A DNA stretch of 63,472 bases, counting the filler, from Craspedostauros australis (lineage: Eukaryota): NCBI GenBank assembly GCA_030167865.1. It is 8 parts of 8 records of this genome, joined end to end, with 100 filler letters (N's around TTAATTAATTAA, not from the genome) between each part and the next. Parts side by side here need not be neighbours in the genome. Positions count along the whole stretch, not along the records: positions 11,710 to 21,507 come from JALAGF010003374.1; positions 21,608 to 29,348 come from JALAGF010003376.1; 6 more parts are not named here. The stretch is one strand, 5' to 3'. The translations under genes and the position numbers were made by a program. Numbering within the stretch: the stretch's first letter is position 1; every line of letters begins with the position of its first letter. This document shows positions 11,610 through 22,259 of the stretch, piece after piece. Below the pieces are notes generated by a model. The model was not told the origin of the DNA and did no database searches. It saw only the letters and a list, made by a program, of their open reading frames with translations.

Positions 11610-11709
11610 NNNNNNNNNNNNNNNNNNNNNNNNNNNNNNNNNNNNNNNNNNNNTTAATTAATTAANNNNNNNNNNNNNNNNNNNNNNNNNNNNNNNNNNN
11701 NNNNNNNNN
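11610..11709. other. Artificial contig linker N44-TTAATTAATTAA-N44
   Basis: Fixed 100-nt block with stops in all six frames; occurs 7 times in the window. Confidence 0.97.
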
Positions 11710-14700
11710 ACAACCACAACATTTGCTTCTGCCAGGGCAAGTTCCAATCCCAATCACATGGAGACAGCCCGTTCGGCGCGCTCTACCAGGTCATTCAGAA
11801 CTACATACTGCAGATTGAAGGCGATGCCGTGCGCCAAAGAATCCAGCAGCACATCGCGAAGGCAGAACGGAGAGAGCTCTGCAAGGTCTTGCCCTGCCTC
11901 AAGCAGTTGTTGCTGGATAGAGACGATGAGTCCAGAGACTTCATGAGTCTTGCGTCCAGCCGGAAATCCCGCACTCTTGGAAACACCACTGCCAGCACTG
12001 ATGGCGGCGTTGGCATTGGCGTTGATATCGATGGTACGACGACCTCGAGACATGGCAACACCAACAAATCCACAGTCGTCAATGGTCGCAACGATCAGGA
12101 AGGTGACGGCAGCAACGGCGATCAGGGCAACATGTGGAATCGATCAAGATACCTCATCCACACATTCTTCCAGGTCATCTGTGACGTCAACCGTCCGCTC
12201 ATCCTCTTCTTCGATGATCTGCAGTGGGGATCGGAAGTCTGCTTGAACCTCTTCGCAAGCCTCGCTTTGGATCCGATGATTCATTCCTGCATGTTCGTTG
12301 GGACGATCAGATCAGAGGGCCTGGCGTCGTCCAAGTCCCAACAGACGCATCTATCCACAGTGTTGCAAAACATGGCACAAACGAGGCAAGTCACGCGCAT
12401 CGAGCTTGACAACTTCACAGAGGAGCAAACCTACCAATGGGTATCGCGAACACTCAAGCGTGACCGCTGCCAACATCCACCCGCATCTGCTCCATCGCCC
12501 TCCATGTCCCCACGCGAAAAGCGAAATGATGAAAAGGATGACGATTGCCGTCACTTTGCATCCATCCTGCACCAGAAGACGAACGGAAACATCTTCTTCC
12601 TGCGCCAGGCGCTGGAGGAACTGGAACGCAAACAAGTGCTCCAATACTCCCAACACGGAGGATACTGGGAATGGAACGACGCGACCACAACGACCATCGC
12701 CCAGTCTCTTTCCAACACCGCAGTGGAGGCTGTGCAGGCAAAGATCGAGTCATACCCAAGCCATCGATTCAGATACGTCCTCTGTGTCGCATCCTACACG
12801 CAGACGATGTTCGATATCGATGTGCTGCACATGCTACTCCAGAAGCTTGCAGAAAACCGCAACGCCGACATCATGTTCGGCAAGGACAGCGGTGGCAGCG
12901 ATAGCAACGATGATGCGCAGCTCACCCCTTCCAATTTCACTCTGCAAGCATTGACGGAGTTGCTGGAGGACGCAGTCCTGGAAGGCCTGTTGGCCAACTC
13001 CATCGGAGAGCAGACGTACCGATTCGTGCACGATCGCATCCAGCAGGGCGCACAGTCTATCGTTCCCGAAGGTCAGCAAAGGACCATGCTGCGCTATCGC
13101 ATTGGGACGATTCTGTACGATATCATCCTTGCACACGAGCGAGGCGGTGAATCGGAGGACGATACTGGCAAGGATAACACGGACGAGATCAGCGCAGCGC
13201 AGCAACCCTTCTCCGAGCAAAATGGCATACCAGACTGGTTCTATTTCTGCGCAGCTGATCATCTCAATTCCGTCCAGATGAAGAAGGATCGATGGTACAT
13301 GGCCAAGCTGAACCATACCGTTGGTTCACGAGCGCAGCAAATCTCGGCGCTGCCAACGGCTTCCAAGTACTTCCAAATTGCCTTCGATGAGCTGGAGAGG
13401 ATCGAATCCGCCCAAAGTCCATGGCATGAGGACTACGATCTCACCCTGTGCCTGCACGTGCAACGGGCCGAGATTGAGCTTGCCTTGGGGAACTACTCTG
13501 TCGGGACCTCGCTGGCAAACGTCGTCCTTGACAAGGCCAAGACAACGGATGACAAGCTCTCAACACAATACAATCTGGCAGATGCGCTGGGCCGTCAGAA
13601 CCTCCACAAGCAATCCCTGACTATGATCGTGGACATCCTCCAATCTTCCAAAGCGCTGCCCAAGCGATTCTGGGTTGCCACAGCGATGACGGACCTCCTA
13701 TACATCAGACGGTACTTCGAGAGGACATCCAACAGTGAATTCATGCAGCTACCATTGATGACCAACCCAAAGAAGATCATGGCCATGAAATTTCTCCACC
13801 AAGGAACGTTGAGAGCTGCGTACTGCAGACAGTCATTGGAGGCAATCCTATTCATACTCAAGTCGTTGAGGATGACTATCAAGCACGGTCTGAGCAAGTA
13901 CTCATCGCTGCCTCTCTTGAACTTGGGATGCATCTTCGGTGATGTATTTTCCGACCAGCTCGCTGCAGAACGGTACTTGGATCTGGGTGCACAGATATTG
14001 AGATGCACCGATGGGAAGTCTCTCCGTGGATGGCTAAACCTCACAGCGGCTCATAGGATACATCCATTCTCAGCTGATTATGACAAGATGATCGACGTCT
14101 TTCAGCGTGGGTGTCGCGGCGCAATGGAGGTCGGTGACTTCGAATCGGGATTCATGAATTGGGAGCTGGGGATCATATACTCGTACTTCTCCGGTTTTCC
14201 ATTGAAGCCGCTGATCGTCTCCTTCGAGAACATCCGTGATAGCGCGCAGATGTACAACATGGAATTCGTCACGGCAACATCAATGGCATGCATTGACTTC
14301 TACAAGACCCTTGTCGGTGAAAAGCCGCTGGATTGGGGGGAGGTTGAGGAGGTCGTTGCGCGCATGCCGGCCAGCATCAAGGATATGAATACGTCAGAAA
14401 ACCACCAAATCATGTTCGAGCTCGACACGAATGCGCAGCTCTGCATGTACTTTCGAAGCTACCACAGTGCATACCTGCTCATCAAGAAGGCCATCGAAAT
14501 CACGCCATTGGATCAATCGTACTTGATGGTTTGCGCACGTGGTTACTTTGCGGGCATCGCCTGCGCAGGGATGTACCGCATGACCAAGGAGAGCAAGTAC
14601 AAGAAGGAATTGAAGGAACGCATCCAAATAATGAAACGCAAGAGCATGTCCCGCGGGCTCAATGGCATTCATCGATTCTTGTGTCTGGAAGCAGAGCTAC

Positions 14701-14979
14701 TGGGGCTGAAGACAGAAGCAATAGTACGGGCAGCAACAAAGGGAGGGACTCGAAAGACGAGCAGCATCAGCGACAGCAACAATGTCAAGATCGAGAAAGC
14801 CATCCGGGCGTATGATATCGCCATCAAGCTCAGTGCGCAGGCGATGCATCATCAGGACGCAGGTCTTGCATGTGAGTTGCTCGGCGACTTCTGTGTGCGG
14901 GTCGGACGTTCTGAAGTAGCACGGGAATACTATCCCAAGGCATGCGCATACTACGAGTTGTGGCAATCATTCGCCAAGG
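11710..14979 (+). repeat. 3,270-bp direct repeat, copy A (offset 6,528 bp from copy B)
   Basis: Same start (ACAACCACAACATTTGC), same end (TCGCCAAGG) and identical ORF-track translations as 18238-21507. Confidence 0.95.
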
Positions 14980-15341
14980 CTGAGGATGTGAAGGAGCGGT
15001 GCGACCAATTTCTGTCCGAGGAGAGCCTGCAACATGCCAGAGATAGCATTCAGGCAAGTCAGAGTGGCAGGGAATCAGCAACACGTCCGATTGTATCCGG
15101 CGGCTACAACGACCGGTGCTGCAGTCTTACAGTTGGGAATCCATCGCAGCATACCAATAGTAAGACCGGCCTCACCAAGGAGTCAATGTCAAGGAGCACA
15201 CCAACAAACCAACACGGGCACTTGTTGAGTTTATCTGGCGACACGCGAGGGAATGATACAAGAAACGAAACCGGCCACGACGGTGGCGTTAATGACGATG
15301 ACGACGATGTCTCGGTCCTGACCAAAGAGTCAGGTCTGTAA
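11710..15341 (+). CDS. STAND-like AAA_16 NTPase/TPR-like protein, copy 1 (5' truncated, intact 3' end)
   Basis: Walker B LILFFDDLQW, GTIRSE, TNGNIFF, RFVHDRIQQGA, then helical repeats; ends DDDDDVSVLTKESGL*. Matches 18238-21507 over the overlap. Confidence 0.85.
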
Positions 15342-17507
15342 AGTGTGCCCGTTTGTGAAAGAAAAAAGAATAAATAGCATGAAGTTTACAATAAACCGGA
15401 CACTGTGATGCAATACTATGCAATGGGATACGTGCCATGTTGATGGCTGGACAACCCATTCCTAACTTCTCTGGCTTGTTTGCTCTGAGCAGAGCCACTG
15501 GTACAAACGCAGCTTCAAAATCGAAGCAAGAATACAAGCAACGAAGATGCCGAGTAGAGCAGCGCAAGACGAAATATCTGCTGACATGTCGAGGGCATTT
15601 CTACACAGTATAGCAGCGGTCAAGTATGTATTCCTCCAAGACGAGACAGGAGGATCACCGTCGACATCTTCGCAAGTTATTGATCGTGATCTTCCGCATC
15701 ACAGAAGACATGGTCACGACGACTCTCCTCGAAGGCGATGCATCAACAGGAGTGCTGATGCCAATGAATCAGCCCAGCGCAAAAGTGCAGATTAGCACCT
15801 TTCGCAAACGACCAATGCAGGATGCCGATGATTCGCAAGTTCTGCGATAGGCCATTCGATTCTCAGCAATCGAAACAAATACGGCAGATGCGGCGCCCAC
15901 CTCGCGGACCGTGGTGGTTCCACCGCAACGGCTCTGCCCCAGTGGAGTAGCGCGATTTTGCTGCTGGGCGGATGCACTCATTCCACTTTCAAGCTCTGCC
16001 CATCGCATCTGCCATACAGCTATGAATGCACCGGGCTGCCATCTCGTGGCATCCTTGGGTGGTGGAATGCGTTGCGACAGTTCCAACTGCACATATGCTT
16101 TGGTGCTGCACCATGCTCGCAGTCGTATGTGTCCTCCCTCCCTCCTTCCCGCAGTGCAGTCGTACGATTGTTGGACAGCGTCATTAACCCGCTCCCAATA
16201 CCTCCTCCATCCGAGTCGTCACGCCTCGCCGTGTCCGACCACCGCATGCTTGCTTCGAGGTCATGGCGATGGATGCCATCACGAGCATTCTCGCTGGCTC
16301 ATGCTTGGCGAGTTGGTGCTGTGCATGTCCGTCGCTTGGTTTCCGTCATCGCCATATCGATGGCTATCTTGGACATTCCAACAGTGACACAGTTGCAATC
16401 ATGGCCTCGGATAGCTCGCAACAACAACGCCATCGTCCTCACTTCCATCTCCATCGCTTGGGAACGACAGGTCGAATCGAAGGTGGGAGGCATTCGGCGG
16501 TGGCGGATGTTGGTTGGGGCACCACAGTCATTCTTGTCGTTGACGCGAAAGATCCTCGTCGTTCGTCGTTGTTCGTGAAGCTTCGATTTGTCGAAAAACA
16601 AGTTGTCGAAGTGGTCATGAAAAATGAGCGAGAATTGAAGCAACAGGAATGAATGAATCGTGGTAATCGTTGGCCGATTTTGAATTGTTCTGGCTCAAAT
16701 AAGCCTGTTTCGGTACATGTGATTAAATGGCAAACATGTTGGTTGATGGATCTGCGGTAATAGTATATTTACCTTGATTATAGGGTGTGCATATAGTTCG
16801 TCCTTGTTGTTCAATTCTGTTTGATTTGGAGACTGTCCCTTATTCCGAATCATCACCATGGCGGGCCTCCATGAGGACGCCCTTGTGACATCCGCTCCCA
16901 AGATAGTCCTGGAGAACTGTGTATTTATGCACTCAGAACACCACGACGCGTGTGCATATGGGTTTGCAGAATCATGGACAAACCTGTCCTTTTAACGAAT
17001 TCGACCACGTTCACTGCGAACCCTTCAGCTCCCATTCTGCCTTTGTCCTTGCATCTCCCCAGGGAACTCTGCGAACAGGAGTCACTGAAGCGGTTCCTTC
17101 GACCATCTTTGTTTCATCAACACGCCGCTCCTGTTGTTTCGAACATGAGTGCCAAGGTGACATTTGCTCGCATCCATCCAGTTGGCAAGGTGGAAATCAT
17201 GGCTGTTCGTACTCGCCCTCGTGCTTGCGTCGTGCGGAAAACACGACACGGACGAACTTGATACACTGTGAATGAGAACGAAAGAACGCAAGCAAGAACT
17301 GCAGCGCTTCACTTGACTGGCGCCAGAGTAGGTGGTCAACAGCGAACAGCGTGAACGCTTGTGGCGCAGTTTCGTGTCGTTGTTGGCACCTCTTCGCAGA
17401 CGGAAACTCAAAACAGAGGATGACTTCGGTAGACGTTGCCAAACGTGTAGTCGCAGTATACGAGTACCCTCTCACTCGCTCCCTCGCCCACCTTTGCGGC
17501 ATCGACC

Positions 17508-20500
17508 ATGACGATAACAGCAACAATAGCAACAGCAGCAGCAACAACAACAACGGAAACAACGACTCGTACTACGACGACGATCCGAAGTGGAGCGAAG
17601 ACAGACGCATTCTCCATTCCGTCCATACCAGAGCAACCCTCAGGTCTCAACACGAGTACGACCATGACCGCCACTGACGACCAGAGCTGCTCGCTTCCTA
17701 TCCCCGCGGCTGCGCCTTCGCCTACGTCAGCAGCCACTTCCTCTGTGCCTGGCTCAGGATCATCTGCTCCATGCGAAACCCTAGGCGTATCTCAAGCGAG
17801 GTCTCATCATGATCAATGCACACCGCCAACCGCGGATGCTGTTGCCGAATCAGATGATATTAGAACGAGCATCGATTCCACTGCTTGGATAGGACGTGAG
17901 ACCGAGCTGCGGCAGCTGCACGATGTCTACAACGCGATGAAGCAAAGCCATCGGCAAGAACGGCAGACCTCGACAACCACCAATCGACGGAAGTCCTCCG
18001 CAAGCAAAGCGGAGCGTGACGTGCAGCAGCACTTGCAAGACGATCCTCAGAGCAACTCGGCGGAAGCTGCCAAGCCGCAAGTCCCGGCCGTCGTGATCTC
18101 CGGCTCTTCCGGGACGGGGAAGTCGGCGCTCGTGCTTCAGTTCATCCACGAGCTGCAGTCGCATGGCCCAAAGACCAAGTCCAACGAAAAGTCAAAGGAA
18201 AAGTCAAAGTCGAAATTGAACTCGAGGTCCAAGAACCACAACCACAACATTTGCTTCTGCCAGGGCAAGTTCCAATCCCAATCACATGGAGACAGCCCGT
18301 TCGGCGCGCTCTACCAGGTCATTCAGAACTACATACTGCAGATTGAAGGCGATGCCGTGCGCCAAAGAATCCAGCAGCACATCGCGAAGGCAGAACGGAG
18401 AGAGCTCTGCAAGGTCTTGCCCTGCCTCAAGCAGTTGTTGCTGGATAGAGACGATGAGTCCAGAGACTTCATGAGTCTTGCGTCCAGCCGGAAATCCCGC
18501 ACTCTTGGAAACACCACTGCCAGCACTGATGGCGGCGTTGGCATTGGCGTTGATATCGATGGTACGACGACCTCGAGACATGGCAACACCAACAAATCCA
18601 CAGTCGTCAATGGTCGCAACGATCAGGAAGGTGACGGCAGCAACGGCGATCAGGGCAACATGTGGAATCGATCAAGATACCTCATCCACACATTCTTCCA
18701 GGTCATCTGTGACGTCAACCGTCCGCTCATCCTCTTCTTCGATGATCTGCAGTGGGGATCGGAAGTCTGCTTGAACCTCTTCGCAAGCCTCGCTTTGGAT
18801 CCGATGATTCATTCCTGCATGTTCGTTGGGACGATCAGATCAGAGGGCCTGGCGTCGTCCAAGTCCCAACAGACGCATCTATCCACAGTGTTGCAAAACA
18901 TGGCACAAACGAGGCAAGTCACGCGCATCGAGCTTGACAACTTCACAGAGGAGCAAACCTACCAATGGGTATCGCGAACACTCAAGCGTGACCGCTGCCA
19001 ACATCCACCCGCATCTGCTCCATCGCCCTCCATGTCCCCACGCGAAAAGCGAAATGATGAAAAGGATGACGATTGCCGTCACTTTGCATCCATCCTGCAC
19101 CAGAAGACGAACGGAAACATCTTCTTCCTGCGCCAGGCGCTGGAGGAACTGGAACGCAAACAAGTGCTCCAATACTCCCAACACGGAGGATACTGGGAAT
19201 GGAACGACGCGACCACAACGACCATCGCCCAGTCTCTTTCCAACACCGCAGTGGAGGCTGTGCAGGCAAAGATCGAGTCATACCCAAGCCATCGATTCAG
19301 ATACGTCCTCTGTGTCGCATCCTACACGCAGACGATGTTCGATATCGATGTGCTGCACATGCTACTCCAGAAGCTTGCAGAAAACCGCAACGCCGACATC
19401 ATGTTCGGCAAGGACAGCGGTGGCAGCGATAGCAACGATGATGCGCAGCTCACCCCTTCCAATTTCACTCTGCAAGCATTGACGGAGTTGCTGGAGGACG
19501 CAGTCCTGGAAGGCCTGTTGGCCAACTCCATCGGAGAGCAGACGTACCGATTCGTGCACGATCGCATCCAGCAGGGCGCACAGTCTATCGTTCCCGAAGG
19601 TCAGCAAAGGACCATGCTGCGCTATCGCATTGGGACGATTCTGTACGATATCATCCTTGCACACGAGCGAGGCGGTGAATCGGAGGACGATACTGGCAAG
19701 GATAACACGGACGAGATCAGCGCAGCGCAGCAACCCTTCTCCGAGCAAAATGGCATACCAGACTGGTTCTATTTCTGCGCAGCTGATCATCTCAATTCCG
19801 TCCAGATGAAGAAGGATCGATGGTACATGGCCAAGCTGAACCATACCGTTGGTTCACGAGCGCAGCAAATCTCGGCGCTGCCAACGGCTTCCAAGTACTT
19901 CCAAATTGCCTTCGATGAGCTGGAGAGGATCGAATCCGCCCAAAGTCCATGGCATGAGGACTACGATCTCACCCTGTGCCTGCACGTGCAACGGGCCGAG
20001 ATTGAGCTTGCCTTGGGGAACTACTCTGTCGGGACCTCGCTGGCAAACGTCGTCCTTGACAAGGCCAAGACAACGGATGACAAGCTCTCAACACAATACA
20101 ATCTGGCAGATGCGCTGGGCCGTCAGAACCTCCACAAGCAATCCCTGACTATGATCGTGGACATCCTCCAATCTTCCAAAGCGCTGCCCAAGCGATTCTG
20201 GGTTGCCACAGCGATGACGGACCTCCTATACATCAGACGGTACTTCGAGAGGACATCCAACAGTGAATTCATGCAGCTACCATTGATGACCAACCCAAAG
20301 AAGATCATGGCCATGAAATTTCTCCACCAAGGAACGTTGAGAGCTGCGTACTGCAGACAGTCATTGGAGGCAATCCTATTCATACTCAAGTCGTTGAGGA
20401 TGACTATCAAGCACGGTCTGAGCAAGTACTCATCGCTGCCTCTCTTGAACTTGGGATGCATCTTCGGTGATGTATTTTCCGACCAGCTCGCTGCAGAACG

Positions 20501-21507
20501 GTACTTGGATCTGGGTGCACAGATATTGAGATGCACCGATGGGAAGTCTCTCCGTGGATGGCTAAACCTCACAGCGGCTCATAGGATACATCCATTCTCA
20601 GCTGATTATGACAAGATGATCGACGTCTTTCAGCGTGGGTGTCGCGGCGCAATGGAGGTCGGTGACTTCGAATCGGGATTCATGAATTGGGAGCTGGGGA
20701 TCATATACTCGTACTTCTCCGGTTTTCCATTGAAGCCGCTGATCGTCTCCTTCGAGAACATCCGTGATAGCGCGCAGATGTACAACATGGAATTCGTCAC
20801 GGCAACATCAATGGCATGCATTGACTTCTACAAGACCCTTGTCGGTGAAAAGCCGCTGGATTGGGGGGAGGTTGAGGAGGTCGTTGCGCGCATGCCGGCC
20901 AGCATCAAGGATATGAATACGTCAGAAAACCACCAAATCATGTTCGAGCTCGACACGAATGCGCAGCTCTGCATGTACTTTCGAAGCTACCACAGTGCAT
21001 ACCTGCTCATCAAGAAGGCCATCGAAATCACGCCATTGGATCAATCGTACTTGATGGTTTGCGCACGTGGTTACTTTGCGGGCATCGCCTGCGCAGGGAT
21101 GTACCGCATGACCAAGGAGAGCAAGTACAAGAAGGAATTGAAGGAACGCATCCAAATAATGAAACGCAAGAGCATGTCCCGCGGGCTCAATGGCATTCAT
21201 CGATTCTTGTGTCTGGAAGCAGAGCTACTGGGGCTGAAGACAGAAGCAATAGTACGGGCAGCAACAAAGGGAGGGACTCGAAAGACGAGCAGCATCAGCG
21301 ACAGCAACAATGTCAAGATCGAGAAAGCCATCCGGGCGTATGATATCGCCATCAAGCTCAGTGCGCAGGCGATGCATCATCAGGACGCAGGTCTTGCATG
21401 TGAGTTGCTCGGCGACTTCTGTGTGCGGGTCGGACGTTCTGAAGTAGCACGGGAATACTATCCCAAGGCATGCGCATACTACGAGTTGTGGCAATCATTC
21501 GCCAAGG
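17508..21507 (+). CDS. STAND-like AAA_16 NTPase/TPR-like protein, copy 2 (intact 5' end, 3' truncated); 1,453 aa when completed with the copy 1 tail
   Basis: WIGRETELRQL, Walker A GSSGTGKS, GKFQ...PFGAL, Walker B FFDDLQW, GNIFF, HDRIQQ. The N-terminal ~125 aa are low complexity. Confidence 0.9.
18238..21507 (+). repeat. 3,270-bp direct repeat, copy B
   Basis: Matches 11710-14979 and ends exactly at the contig end. Confidence 0.95.
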
Positions 21508-21607
21508 NNNNNNNNNNNNNNNNNNNNNNNNNNNNNNNNNNNNNNNNNNNNTTAATTAATTAANNNNNNNNNNNNNNNNNNNNNNNNNNNNNNNNNNNNN
21601 NNNNNNN
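21508..21607. other. Artificial contig linker
   Basis: N44-TTAATTAATTAA-N44. Confidence 0.97.
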
Positions 21608-22259
21608 GATGCACGAATTGCACTGTAGAACGATGAATGAAAGCGAGGGGAGCAGGGGAAGCCGAAGGAGGTGTTGGATGAAGCAGCCAAAACAACAACC
21701 ACCAATGTCATTTGTACTCTCACTCCTCTCAATACGACTGCATCACAACAGATGCAACAAGCATTGCCATGGCGGAGGCACCTCGGGAATGAAGCAAAAA
21801 TGTGACGGTGGTTTTTGTGTCTGCGTGGCAACGATGTGTGCGTGCGCATGTGGTGATGATGTGTGTGATGCCGACAAGCACAAAATGTCAATCGATTCCG
21901 CATCAGCTAACGTTGTTTAACGTGTTCCAAACGAACGAGGAGGAAGGAAAAAGCTGGAGACACTAACGTGAATGGACACCTTCCGTTATTAACTCAGAAT
22001 AGCAAAGAACTTTCGGCAAAACTACAGTGTGGAACACTACGTTTGACCCAAACGATTCCAAATATTGGATGGTCCATAAAACTTAAAAAATGGGCTTTAA
22101 GATTCTGGGTAATTTTCCTGTTGCTATAGTGACTATAATGAGTAGGTTTGTATGCTTAGTTTGGTTGTAATCGAAGAAAAAGTGCCACTCTACTTTACCG
22201 ACGGCTGGTCGACTCACTGACCCGGGTCCTATGGGGTGGTCTTTCAAAAGTGACCGGCG

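Noticed and set aside
11610..11709. TTAATTAATTAA as a TTAA target-site duplication, palindromic regulatory site or CRISPR-like repeat
   Set aside because: It is always embedded in exactly 44+44 Ns at seven places: a synthetic six-frame-stop linker. ORFs ending in X...LIN are artefacts of it.
15342..17507. Several 100-200-aa ORFs in the spacer of the tandem unit
   Set aside because: Overlapping on both strands, many with non-ATG starts, and no recognisable motifs or coding bias.
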